Shown here piece by piece: positions 1 to 15,000 of a DNA stretch of 64,000 nucleotides. The DNA is taken from assembly GCA_964016885.1 (NCBI GenBank), contig OZ024741.1, positions 413,850,001-413,914,000 on the forward strand, in the 5' to 3' direction. The notes beneath the pieces are model-generated. The model ran no database searches, had not been told where the DNA came from, and saw nothing but the letters and a program-made list of their open reading frames with translations. Made by a program: the position numbers and the translations under genes. Source of the stretch: Eledone cirrhosa (Eukaryota). Within the stretch, counting starts at the first letter, position 1; each line of letters begins with the position of its first letter.

Positions 1-3000
1 TGTGGACTGAGGACCTTTATCACGTCCCCAACATGACCACTTTACAATGTGGACTGAGGACCTTTGTCATGTCACTGACACAACCACTTTACAGTGTGGA
101 CTGAGGACCTTTGACATGTCACCTACATGACCACATTACAGTGTGGACTGAGGACCTTTGTCATGTCCCCGACATGACCACTTTACAGTGTGGACTGAGG
201 ACCTTTGTCATGTCACGAACATTACCACTTTACAGTGTGGACTGAGGACCTTTGTCATGTCCCCGACATGACCACTTTACAATGTGGACTGAGGACCTTT
301 GTCATGTCACGGACATTACCACTTTACAGTGTGGACTGAGGACCTTTATCACGTCCCCAACATGACCACTTTACAATGTGGACTGAGGACCTTTGTCATG
401 TCACTGACACAACCACTTTCCAGTGTGGACTGAGGACCTTTGACATGTCACCTACATGACCACATTACAGTGTGGACTGAGGACCTTTGTCATGTCACTG
501 ACATGACCACTTTACAGTGTGGACTGAGGACCTTTGTCATGTCACTGACACGACCACTTTAAACTGTGGACTGAGGACCTTTGTCATGTCACCATGACCA
601 CTTTACAGTGTGGACTCAGGACCTTTGTCATGTCACTGACATGACCACTTTAAACTGTGGACTGAGGACCTTTGTCATGTCACCATGACCACGTTACCGT
701 GTGGAATGAGGACCTTTGTCATGTCAACTACATGACCACTTTACAGTGTGGACTGAGGACCTTTGTCATGTGACCGACATGACCACTCTACAGTGTGGAC
801 TGAGGACCTTTGCCATGTCACCTACATGACCACTTTACGGTGTGGACTGAGGACCTTTATCATGCCCTCGACATGACTACTTTACAGTGTGGACTGAGGA
901 CCTTTGTCATGTCACTGACACGACCACTTTGCAGTGTGGACTGAGGACCTTTGTCATGTCACCATGACCACGTTACCGTGTGGACTGAGGACCTTTGTCA
1001 TGTTACCGACACGACCAAGTTACAGTGTGGACTGAGGACCTTTGTCATGTGACCGACATGACAACTCTACAGTGTGGACTGAGGACCTTTGTCATGTCAC
1101 CGACATGACCACTCTACAGTGTGGACTGAGGACCTTTGTCATGTCACCTACATGACCACTTTACAGTGTAGACTGAGGACCTTTATCATGTCCCCGACAT
1201 GACCACTTTACAGTGTGGACTGAGGACCTTTGTCATGTCCCCGACATGACCACTTTACAGTGTGGACTGAGGACCTTTGTCATGTCACCGACATGACCAC
1301 TTTACAGTGTGGACTGAGGACTTTTGTCATGTCACCAGCATGACCACTTTACAGTGTGGACTGAGGAACCTTGTCATGTCCCTGACATGACCACTTTACA
1401 GTGTGGACTGAGGATCTTTGTCATGTCACCGACATGACCACTTTACAGTGTGGACTGAGGACCTTTGTCATGTCACCAACTTGACCACTTTACAGTGTGG
1501 ACTGAGGACCTTTGTCATGTCACCTACATGACCACTTTTCAGTGTGGACTGAGGACCTTTGTCATGTCACCAACACGACCACTTTACAATGTGGACTGAG
1601 GACCTTTGTCATGTTTCCGACACGACCACGTTACAGTGTGGACTGAGGACCTTTGTCATGTCACCGACACGTCCACTTTACAGTGTGGACTGAGCACCTT
1701 TGTCATGTGACCGACATGACCTCTCTACAGTGTGGACTGAGGACCTTTGTCATGTCACCGACATGACCACTCTACAGTGTGGACTGAGGACCTTGGCCAT
1801 GTCACCTACACGACCACTTTACAGTGTGGACTTAGGACCTTTGTCATGTCACCTACATGACCACTTTACAGTGTGTACTGAGGCCCTTTGTCATGTCACC
1901 TACATGACCACTTTACAGTGTGGACTGAGGACCTTTATCACGTCCCCAACACAACCACTTTACAGTGTGGACTGAGGATCTTTGTCATGTCACCTACATG
2001 ACCACTTTACAGTGTGGACTGAGGACCTTTGTCATGTCACCGACATGACCACTTTACAGTGTGGACTGAGGACCTTTGTCATGTCACCGACATGACCACT
2101 TTACAGTGTGGACTGAGGACCTTTTTTATGTCACCAACTTGACCACTGTACAGTGTGGACTGAGGACTTTTGTCATGTCACCGAGACGACCACTCTACAG
2201 TGTGGACTGAGGGTCTTTGTCATGTCACCGACACGACCACTTTACAGTGTGGACTGAGGACCTTTGTCATGTCACTGACACGACCACTTTAAACTGTGGA
2301 CTGAGGAGCTTTGTCATGTCACCATGACCACTTTACAGTGTGGACTGAGGAACTTTGTCATGTCACTGACACGTCCACGTTACAGTGTGGACTGAGGACC
2401 TTTGTCATGTGACCGACATGACCACTCTACAGTGTGGACTGAGGACCTTTGCCATGTCACCTACATGACCACTTTACGTTGTGGACTGAGGACCTTTATC
2501 ATGCCCCCGACATGACTACTTTACAGTGTGGACTGAGGACCTTTGTCATGTCACTGACACGACCACTTTACAGTGTGGACTGAGGACCTTTGCCATGTCA
2601 CCTACATGACCACTTTACAGCGTGGACTGAGGACCTTTATCATGCCCCCGACATGACCACTTTACAGTGTGGACTGAGGACCTTTGTCATGTCACCGATA
2701 CGACCACTTTACAGTGTGGACTGAGGACCTTTGTCATGTCACCAACTTGACCATTTTACAGTGTGGACTGAGGACCTTTGTCATGTCACCGACACAACCA
2801 CTTTAGAGTGTGGACTGATGACCTTTGTCATGTCACCGACACAACCACTTTACAGTGAGGACTGAGGACCTTTATCATGTCACCTACATGACCACTTTAC
2901 AGTGTGGACTGAGGACATTTGTCATGTCACAGACAAGACCACATTACAGTGTGGACGGAGGACCTTTGTCATGTCACTGACACGACCACTTTGCAGTGTG

Positions 3001-6000
3001 GACTGAGGACCTTTGTCATGTCGCCGACACGTCCACTTTACAGTGTGGACTGAGGGTCTTTGTCATGTCACCGACACGACCACTTTACAGTGTGGACTGA
3101 GGACCTTTGTCATGTCACTGACATGACCACTTTAAACTGTGGACTGAGGACCTTTGCCATGTCACTGACACGACCACTTTACAGTGTGGACTGAGGACCT
3201 TTGTCATGTCACCGACACGACCACTTTACAGTGTGGACTGAGGACCTTTGTCATGTCACTGACACGACCACTTTACAGTGTGGACTGAGGACCTTTGTCA
3301 TGTCACCGACACGACCACTTTACAGTGTGGACTGAGGACCTTTGTCATGTCACTGACACGACCACTTTACAGTGTGGACTGAGGACCTTTGTCATGTCAC
3401 CGACACAACCACTTTACAGTGTGGACTGAGGACCTTTGTCATGTCACCGACACGACCACTTTACAGTGTGGACTGAGGACCTTTGTCATGTCGCCGACAT
3501 GACCACTTTACAGTGTGGACTGAGGACTTTGTCATGTCACCAGCATGACCACTTTACAGTGTGGACTGAGGACCTTTGCCATGTCACTGACACGACCACT
3601 TTACAGTGTGGACTGAGGGTCTTTTTCATGTCAACGACACGACCACTTTACAGTGTGGACTGAGGACTTTTGTCATGTCAACGACACGACCACTTTACAG
3701 TGTGGACTGAGGAGCTTTGTCATGTCACCATGACCACTTTACAGTGTGGACTGAGGACCTTTATCATGTTACTGACATGACCACTTTACAGTGTGGACTG
3801 AGGATCTTTGTCATATCACTGACACGTCCACGTTACAGTGTGGACTGAGGACCTTTGTCATGTCACCTACACGACCACTTTACAGCGTGGACTGAGGACC
3901 TTTGTCATGTCACCTACACGACCACTTTACAGTGTGGACTGAGGACCTTTGTCATGTTACCGACACGACCACGTTACAGTGTGGACTGAGGACCTTTGTA
4001 ATATCACTGACATGATCATTTTACAGTGTGGACTGAGGACCTTTTTCATGTCAACGACATGACCACTTTACAGTGTGGACTGAGGACCTTTGGCATGTCA
4101 CCGACACGACCACTTTACAGTGTGGACTGAGGACCTTTGTCATGTCACCGATACGACCACTTTACAGTGTGGACTGAGGACCTTTGTCATGTCACCTACA
4201 TGACCATTTTACAGTGTGGACTGAGGACCTTTGTCATGTCACCGACACAACCACTTTAGAGTGTGGACTGATGACCTTTGTCATGTGACCGACATGACCT
4301 CTCTACAGTGTGGACTGAGGACCTTTATCATGTCACCTACATGACCACTTTACAGTGTGGACTGAGGACCTTTGTCATGTCACTGACAGGACCACTTTAC
4401 AGTGTGGACTGAGGACCTTTGTCATGTCACCGACATGACCTCTCTACAGTGTGGACTGAGGACCTTTGTCATGTCGCTGACACGATCACTTTACAGTGTG
4501 GACTGAGGACCTTTGTCATGTCACCGACATGACCTCTCTACAGTGTGGACTGAGGACCTTTATCATTTCTCCGACATGACCATTTTACACTGTGGACTGA
4601 GGACATTTGTCATGTCACCAACATGACCACTTTACAGTGTAGACTGAGGACCCTTATCATGTCCCCGACATGACCACTTTGCAGTGTGGACTGAGGACCT
4701 TTGTCATGTCACTGACACGACCCCTTTACAGTGTGGACTGAGGACCTTTGTCATGTCACTGACACGACCCCTTTACAGTGTGGACTGAGGACCTTTGTCA
4801 TGTCACCGACATGTCCACTTTACAGTTTGGACTGAGTACCTTTGTCATGTCACCGACACGACCACTTTACAGTGTGGACTGAGGACCTTTGTCATGTCAC
4901 CAGCATGACCACTTTACAGTGTGGACTGAGGACCCTTGTCATGTCTCTGACACGACCACTTTACAGTGTGGACTGAGGACCTTTGTCATGTCACCTACAT
5001 GACCATTTTACAGTGTGGGCTGAGGACTTTTGTCATGTCACCGACATGACCACTTTACAGTGTGGACTGAAGACCTTTGTAATGTCACCAACTTGACCAC
5101 TTTACAGTGTGGACTGAGGACCTTTGTAATGTCACCAACTTGACCACTTTACAGTGTGGACTGAGGACCTTTGTCATGTCACCTACATGACCACATTTCA
5201 GTGTGGACTGAGGACCTTTGTCATGTCACCAACACGACCACTTTACAGTGTGGACTGAGGACCTTTGTCATGTCACCGACACGTCCACTTTACAGTGTGG
5301 ACTGAAGACCTTTGTCATGTGACCGACATGACCTCTACAGTGTGGACTGAGGACCTTTGTCATGTGACCGACATGACCACTCTACAGTGTGGACTGAGGA
5401 CCTTTGCCATGTCACCTACATGACCACTTTACGGTGTGGACTGAGGACCTTTATCATGCCCCCGACATGACTACTTTACAGTGTGGACTGAGGACCTTTG
5501 CCATGTCACCTACATGACCACTTTACAGCGTGGACTGAGGACCTTTATCATGCCCCCGACATGACCACTTTACAGTGTGTACTGAGGACCTTTATCATGT
5601 CACCTACATGACCACTTTACAGTGTGGGCTGAGGACCTTTATCATGTCACCTACATGACCACTTTACAGTGTGGACTGAGGACCTTTGTCATGTCACTGA
5701 CAGGACCACTTTACAGTGTGGACTGAGCACCTTTGTCATGTCACCGACACGACCACTTTACAGTGTGGACTGAGGACATTTGTCATGTCACGGACATGAC
5801 CACATTACAGTGTGGACGGAGGACCTTTGTCATGTCACTGACACGACCACTTTGCAGTGTGGACTGAGGACCTTTGTCATGTCACCGACATGACCACTTT
5901 ACAGTGTGGACTGAGGACCTTTGTCATGTCGCCAACACGACCACTTTACAGTGTGGACTGAGGACCTTTGTCATGTTACCGACATGACCACTTTACAGTG

Positions 6001-9000
6001 TGGACTGAAGACCTTTGTAATGTCACCAACTTGACCACTTTACAGTGTGGACTGATGACCTTTGTCATGTCACCTACATGACCACTTTTCAGTGTGGACT
6101 GAGGACCTATGTCATGTCACCAACACGACCACTTTACAGTGTGGACTGAGGACCTTTGTCATGTTACCGACACGACCACGTTACAGTGTGGACTGAGGAC
6201 CTTTGTCATGTCACCGACACGTCCACTTTACAGTGTGGACTGAGGACCTTTGTCATGTGACCGACATGACCTCTCTACAGTGTGGACTGAGGACCTTTGT
6301 CATGTGACCGACATGACCACTTTACAGTGTGGACTGAGGACCTTTGTCATGTCGCCAACACGACCACTTTACAGTGTGGACTGAGGACCTTTGTCATGTT
6401 ACCGACATGACCACTTTACAGTGTGGACTGAAGACCTTTGTAATGTCACCAACTTGACCACTTTACAGTGTGGACTGATGACCTTTGTCATGTCACCTAC
6501 ATGACCACTTTTCAGTGTGGACTGAGGACCTATGTCATGTCACCAACACGACCACTTTACAGTGTGGACTGAGGACCTTTGTCATGTTACCGACACGACC
6601 ACGTTACAGTGTGGACTGAGGACCTTTGTCATGTCACCGACACGTCCACTTTACAGTGTGGACTGAGGACCTTTGTCATGTCACATACATGACCACTTTA
6701 CAGTGTGTACTGAGGCCCTTTGTCATGTCACCTACGTGACCACTTTACAGTGTGGACTGAGGACCTTTATCACGTCCCCAACATGACCACTTTACAGTGT
6801 GGACTAAGGACCTTTGTCATGTCACTGACACAACCACTTTACAGTGTGGACTGAGGATCTTTGTCATGTCACCTACATGACCACTTTACAGTGTGGACTG
6901 AGGACCTTTGTCATGTCGCCGACATGACCACTTTACAGTGTGGACTGAGGACTTTGTCATGTCACCGACATGACCAATGTACAGTGTGGACTGAGGACTT
7001 TTGTCATGTCACCGACACGACCACTCTACAGTGTGGACTGAGGGTCTTTGTCATGTCAACGACACGACCACTTTACAGTGTGGACTGAGGACTTTTGTCA
7101 TGTCACCGACACGACCACTTTACAGTGTGGACTGAGGACCTTTGTCATGTCACTGACACGATCACTTTACAGTGTGGACTGAGGACCTTTGTCATGTCAC
7201 TGACACGACCACTTTACAGTGTGGACTGAGGACCTTTGTCATGTCACCGACACGACCACTTTACAGTGTGGACTGAGGACCTTTGTCATGTCGCCGACAT
7301 GACCACTTTACAGTGTGGACTGAGGACTTTGTCATGTCACCGACATGACCAATGTACAGTGTGGACTGAGGACTTTTGTCATGTCACCGACACGACCACT
7401 CTACAGTGTGGACTGAGGGTCTTTGTCATGTCAACGACACGACCACTTTACAGTGTGGACTGAGGACTTTTGTCATGTCAACGACACGACCACTTTACAG
7501 TGTGGACTGAGGAGCTTTGTCATGTCACCATGACCACTTTACAGTGTGGACTGAGGACCTTTATCATGTTACTGACATGACCACTTTACAGTGTGGACTG
7601 AGGATCTTTGTCATATCACTGACACGTCCACGTTACAGTGTGGACTGAGGACCTTTGTCATGTCACCTACACGACCACTTTACAGCGTGGACTGAGGACC
7701 TTTGTCATGTCACCTACACGACCACTTTACAGTGTGGACTGAGGACCTTTGTCATGTCACCGACACGACCACTTTACAGTGAGGACTGAGGGTCTTTGTC
7801 ATGTCACTGACATGACCACTTTACAGTGTGGACTGAGGACCTTTGTCATGTTACTGACAAGACCACGTTACAGTGTGGACTGAGGACCTTTGTCATGTCA
7901 CCTACACGTCCACTTTAGAGTGTGGACTGAGGACCTTTATCATGCCCCCGACATGACCACTTTACAGTGTGGACTGAGGACCTTTGTCATGTTACCGACA
8001 CGACAACGTTACAGTGTGGATTGAGGACCTTTGTAATATCACTGACATGATCATTTTACAGTGTGGACTGAGGACCTTTTTCATGTCAACGACATGACCA
8101 CTTTACAGTGTGGACTGAGGACCTTTGGCATGTCACCGACACGACCACTTTACAGTGTGGTCTGAGGACCTTTGTCATGTCACCGATACGACCACTTTAC
8201 AGTGTGGACTGAGGACCTTTGTCATGTCACCTACATGACCATTTTACAGTGTGGACTGAGGACCTTTGTCATGTCACCGACACCACCACTTTAGAGTGTG
8301 GACTGATGATCTTTGTCATGTCACCGACACAACCACTTTACAGTGTGGACTGAGGACCTTTATCATGTCACCTACATGACCACTTTACAGTGTGGGCTGA
8401 GGACCTTTATCATGTCACCTACATGACCACTTTACAGTGTGGACTGAGGACCTTTGTCATGTCACAGACAGGACCACTTTACAGTGTGGACTGAGGACCT
8501 TTGTCATGTCACCGACACGACCACTTTACAGTGTGGACTGAGGACCTTTGTCATGTCACTAACTTGACCACTTTACACTGTGGACTGAGGACCTTTGTCA
8601 TGTGACCGACATGACCTCTCTACAGTGTGGACTGAGGACCTTTGTCATGTGACCGACATGACCACTCTACAGTGTGGACTGAGGACCTTTGTCATGTCAC
8701 TGACATGAACATTTTACAGTGTGGACTGAGGACCTTTTTGATGTCAACGACATGACCACTTTACGGTGTGGACTGAGGACCTTTGGCTTGTCACCGACAC
8801 GACCACTTTACAGTGTGGACTGAGGACCTTTGTCATGTGACCGACACGACCACTTTACAGTGTGGACTGAGGACCTTTGTCATGTCACCGATACGACCAC
8901 TTTACAGTGTGGACTGAGGACCTTTGTCATGTGACCGACACGACCACTTTACAGTGTGGACTGAGGACCATTGTCATGTCACCGATACGACCACTTTACA

Positions 9001-12000
9001 GTGTGGACTGAGGACCTTTGTCATGTCACCTACATGACCACTTTTCAGTGTGGACTGAGGACCTTTGTCATGTCACCAACACGACCACTTTACAATGTGG
9101 ACTGAGGACCTTTGTCATGTTTCCGACACGACCACGTTACAGTGTGGACTGAGGACCTTTGTCATGTCACCGACACGTCCACTTTACAGTGTGGACTGAG
9201 CACCTTTGTCATGTGACCGACATGACCTCTCTACAGTGTGGACTGAGGACCTTTGTCATGTCACCGACATGACCACTCTACAGTGTGGACTGAGGACCTT
9301 GGCCATGTCACCTACACGACCACTTTACAGTGTGGACTTAGGACCTTTGTCATGTCACCTACATGACCACTTTACAGTGTGTACTGAGGCCCTTTGTCAT
9401 GTCACCTACATGACCACTTTACAGTGTGGACTGAGGACCTTTATCACGTCCCCAACACAACCACTTTACAGTGTGGACTGAGGATCTTTGTCATGTCACC
9501 TACATGACCACTTTACAGTGTGGACTGAGGACCTTTGTCATGTCACCGACATGACCACTTTACAGTGTGGACTGAGGACCTTTGTCATGTCACCGACATG
9601 ACCACTTTACAGTGTGGACTGAGGACCTTTTTTATGTCACCAACTTGACCACTGTACAGTGTGGACTGAGGACTTTTGTCATGTCACCGAGACGACCACT
9701 CTACAGTGTGGACTGAGGGTCTTTGTCATGTCACCGACACGACCACTTTACAGTGTGGACTGAGGACCTTTGTCATGTCACTGACACGACCACTTTAAAC
9801 TGTGGACTGAGGAGCTTTGTCATGTCACCATGACCATTTTACAGTGTGGACTGAGGAACTTTGTCATGTCACTGACACGTCCACGTTACAGTGTGGACTG
9901 AGGACCTTTGTCATGTGACCGACATGACCACTCTACAGTGTGGACTGAGGACCTTTGCCATGTCACCTACATGACCACTTTACGGTGTGGACTGAGGACC
10001 TTTATCATGCCCCCGACATGACTACTTTACAGTGTGGACTGAGGACCTTTGTCATGTCACTGACACGACCACTTTACAGTGTGGACTGAGGACCTTTGCC
10101 ATGTCACCTACATGACCACTTTACAGCGTGGACTGAGGACCTTTATCATGCCCCCGACATGACCACTTTACAGTGTGGACTGAGGACCTTTGTCATGTCA
10201 CCGATACGACCACTTTACAGTGTGGACTGAGGACCTTTGTCATGTCACCAACTTGACCATTTTACAGTGTGGACTGAGGACCTTTGTCATGTCACCGACA
10301 CAACCACTTTAGAGTGTGGACTGATGACCTTTGTCATGTCACCGACACAACCACTTTACAGTGAGGACTGAGGACCTTTATCATGTCACCTACATGACCA
10401 CTTTACAGTGTGGACTGAGGACATTTGTCATGTCACAGACATGACCACATTACAGTGTGGACGGAGGACCTTTGTCATGTCACTGACACGACCACTTTGC
10501 AGTGTGGACTGAGGACCTTTGTCATGTCGCCGACACGACCACTTTACAGTGTGGACTGAGGGTCTTTGTCATGTCACCGACACGACCACTTTACAGTGTG
10601 GACTGAGGACCTTTGTCATGTCACTGACATGACCACTTTAAACTGTGGACTGAGGACCTTTGCCATGTCACTGACACGACCACTTTACAGTGTGGACTGA
10701 GGACCTTTGTCATGTCACCGACACGACCACTTTACAGTGTGGACTGAGGACCTTTGTCATGTCACTGACACGACCACTTTACAGTGTGGACTGAGGACCT
10801 TTGTCATGTCACCGACACGACCACTTTACAGTGTGGACTGAGGACCTTTGTCATGTCACTGACACGACCACTTTACAGTGTGGACTGAGGACCTTTGTCA
10901 TGTCACCGACACAACCACTTTACAGTGTGGACTGAGGACCTTTGTCATGTCACCGACACGACCACTTTACAGTGTGGACTGAGGACCTTTGTCATGTCGC
11001 CGACATGACCACTTTACAGTGTGGACTGAGGACTTTGTCATGTCACCAGCATGACCACTTTACAGTGTGGACTGAGGACCTTTGCCATGTCACTGACACG
11101 ACCACTTTACAGTGTGGACTGAGGGTCTTTGTCATGTCAACGACACGACCACTTTACAGTGTGGACTGAGGACTTTTGTCATGTCAACGACACGACCACT
11201 TTACAGTGTGGACTGAGGAGCTTTGTCATGTCACCATGACCACTTTACAGTGTGGACTGAGGACCTTTATCATGTTACTGACATGACCACTTTACAGTGT
11301 GGACTGAGGATCTTTGTCATATCACTGACACGTCCACGTTACAGTGTGGACTGAGGACCTTTGTCATGTCACCTACACGACCACTTTACAGCGTGGACTG
11401 AGGACCTTTGTCATGTCACCTACACGACCACTTTACAGTGTGGACTGAGGACCTTTGTCATGTTACCGACACGACCACGTTACAGTGTGGACTGAGGACC
11501 TTTGTAATATCACTGACATGATCATTTTACAGTGTGGACTGAGGACCTTTTTCATGTCAACGACATGACCACTTTACAGTGTGGACTGAGGACCTTTGGC
11601 ATGTCACCGACACGACCACTTTACAGTGTGGACTGAGGACCTTTGTCATGTCACCGATACGACCACTTTACAGTGTGGACTGAGGACCTTTGTCATGTCA
11701 CCTACATGACCATTTTACAGTGTGGACTGAGGACCTTTGTCATGTCACCGACACAACCACTTTAGAGTGTGGACTGATGACCTTTGTCATGTGACCGACA
11801 TGACCTCTCTACAGTGTGGACTGAGGACCTTTATCATGTCACCTACATGACCACTTTACAGTGTGGACTGAGGACCTTTGTCATGTCACTGACAGGACCA
11901 CTTTACAGTGTGGACTGAGGACCTTTGTCATGTCACCGACATGACCTCTCTACAGTGTGGACTGAGGACCTTTGTCATGTCGCTGACACGATCACTTTAC

Positions 12001-15000
12001 AGTGTGGACTGAGGACCTTTGTCATGTCACCGACATGACCTCTCTACAGTGTGGACTGAGGACCTTTATCATTTCTCCGACATGACCATTTTACACTGTG
12101 GACTGAGGACATTTGTCATGTCACCAATATGACCACTTTACAGTGTAGACTGAGGACCCTTATCATGTCCCCGACATGACCACTTTGCAGTGTGGACTGA
12201 GGACCTTTGTCATGTCACATACATGACCACTTTACAGTGTAGACTGAGGACCTTTATCATGTCCCCGACATGACCACTTTACAGTGTGGACTGAGGACCT
12301 TTGTCATGTCCCTGACATGACCACTTTACAGTGTGGACTGAGGACCTTTGTCATGTCACTGACACGACCCCTTTACAGTGTGGACTGAGGACCTTTGTCA
12401 TGTCACCGACATGTCCACTTTACAGTTTGGACTGAGTACCTTTGTCATGTCACCGACACGACCACTTTACAGTGTGGACTGAGGACCTTTGTCATGTCAC
12501 CAGCATGACCACTTTACAGTGTGGACTGAGGACCCTTGTCATGTCTCTGACACGACCACTTTACAGTGTGGACTGAGGACCTTTGTCATGTCACCTACAT
12601 GACCATTTTACAGTGTGGGCTGAGGACCTTTGTCATGTCACCGACATGACCACTTTACAGTGTGGACTGAAGACCTTTGTAATGTCACCAACTTGACCAC
12701 TTTACAGTGTGGACTGAGGACCTTTGTAATGTCACCAACTTGACCACTTTACAGTGTGGACTGAGGACCTTTGTCATGTCACCTACATGACCACATTTCA
12801 GTGTGGACTGAGGACCTTTGTCATGTCACCAACACGACCACTTTACAGTGTGGACTGAGGACCTTTGTCATGTCACCGACACGTCCACTTTACAGTGTGG
12901 ACTGAAGACCTTTGTCATGTGACCGACATGACCTCTACAGTGTGGACTGAGGACCTTTGTCATGTGACCGACATGACCACTCTACAGTGTGGACTGAGGA
13001 CCTTTGCCATGTCACCTACATGACCACTTTACGGTGTGGACTGAGGACCTTTATCATGCCCCCGACATGACTACTTTACAGTGTGGACTGAGGACCTTTG
13101 CCATGTCACCTACATGACCACTTTACAGCGTGGACTGAGGACCTTTATCATGCCCCCGACATGACCACTTTACAGTGTGTACTGAGGACCTTTATCATGT
13201 CACCTACATGACCACTTTACAGTGTGGGCTGAGGACCTTTATCATGTCACCTACATGACCACTTTACAGTGTGGACTGAGGACCTTTGTCATGTCACTGA
13301 CAGGACCACTTTACAGTGTGGACTGAGCACCTTTGTCATGTCGCCGACATGACCACTTTACAGTGTGGACTGAGGACTTTGTCATGTCACCGACATGACC
13401 AATGTACAGTGTGGACTGAGGACTTTTGTCATGTCACCGACACGACCACTCTACAGTGTGGACTGAGGGTCTTTGTCATGTCAACGACACGACCACTTTA
13501 CAGTGTGGACTGAGGACTTTTGTTATGTCAACGACACGACCACTTTACAGTGTGGACTGAGGAGCTTTGTCATGTCACCATGACCACTTTACAGTGTGGA
13601 CTGAGGACCTTTATCATGTTACTGACATGACCACTTTACAGTGTGGACTGAGGATCTTTGTCATATCACTGACACGTCCACGTTACAGTGTGGACTGAGG
13701 ACCTTTGTCATGTCACCTACACGACCACTTTACAGCGTGGACTGAGGACCTTTGTCATGTCACCTACACGACCACTTTACAGTGTGGACTGAGGACCTTT
13801 GTCATGTCACCGACACGACCACTTTACAGTGAGGACTGAGGGTCTTTGTCATGTCACTGACATGACCACTTTACAGTGTGGACTGAGGACCTTTGTCATG
13901 TTACTGACAAGACCACGTTACAGTGTGGACTGAGGACCTTTGTCATGTCACCTACACGTCCACTTTAGAGTGTGGACTGAGGACCTTTATCATGCCCCCG
14001 ACATGACCACTTTACAGTGTGGACTGAGGACCTTTGTCATGTTACCGACACGACAACGTTACAGTGTGGATTGAGGACCTTTGTAATATCACTGACATGA
14101 TCATTTTACAGTGTGGACTGAGGACCTTTTTCATGTCAACGACATGACCACTTTACAGTGTGGTCTGAGGACCTTTGTCATGTCACCGATACGACCACTT
14201 TACAGTGTGGACTGAGGACCTTTGTCATGTCACCTACATGACCATTTTACAGTGTGGACTGAGGACCTTTGTCATGTCACCGACACCACCACTTTAGAGT
14301 GTGGACTGATGATCTTTGTCATGTCACCGACACAACCACTTTACAGTGTGGACTGAGGACCTTTATCATGTCACCTACATGACCACTTTACAGTGTGGGC
14401 TGAGGACCTTTATCATGTCACCTACATGACCACTTTACAGTGTGGACTGAGGACCTTTGTCATGTCACAGACAGGACCACTTTACAGTGTGGACTGAGGA
14501 CCTTTGTCATGTCACCGACACGACCACTTTACAGTGTGGACTGAGGACCTTTGTCATGTCACTAACTTGACCACTTTACACTGTGGACTGAGGACCTTTG
14601 TCATGTGACCGACATGACCTCTCTACAGTGTGGACTGAGGACCTTTGTCATGTGACCGACATGACCACTCTACAGTGTGGACTGAGGACCTTTGTCATGT
14701 CACTGACATGAACATTTTACAGTGTGGACTGAGGACCTTTTTGATGTCAACGACATGACCACTTTACGGTGTGGACTGAGGACCTTTGGCTTGTCACCGA
14801 CACGACCACTTTACAGTGTGGACTGAGGACCTTTGTCATGTGACCGACACGACCACTTTACAGTGTGGACTGAGGACCTTTGTCATGTCACCGATACGAC
14901 CACTTTACAGTGTGGACTGAGGACCTTTGTCATGTGACCGACACGACCACTTTACAGTGTGGACTGAGGACCATTGTCATGTCACCGATACGACCACTTT

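Noticed and set aside
19-40. p53-type response element in the monomer (two CATG cores)
   Set aside because: The cores are 11 bp apart, the flanks fit RRRCWWGYYY poorly, and CACG variants are common.
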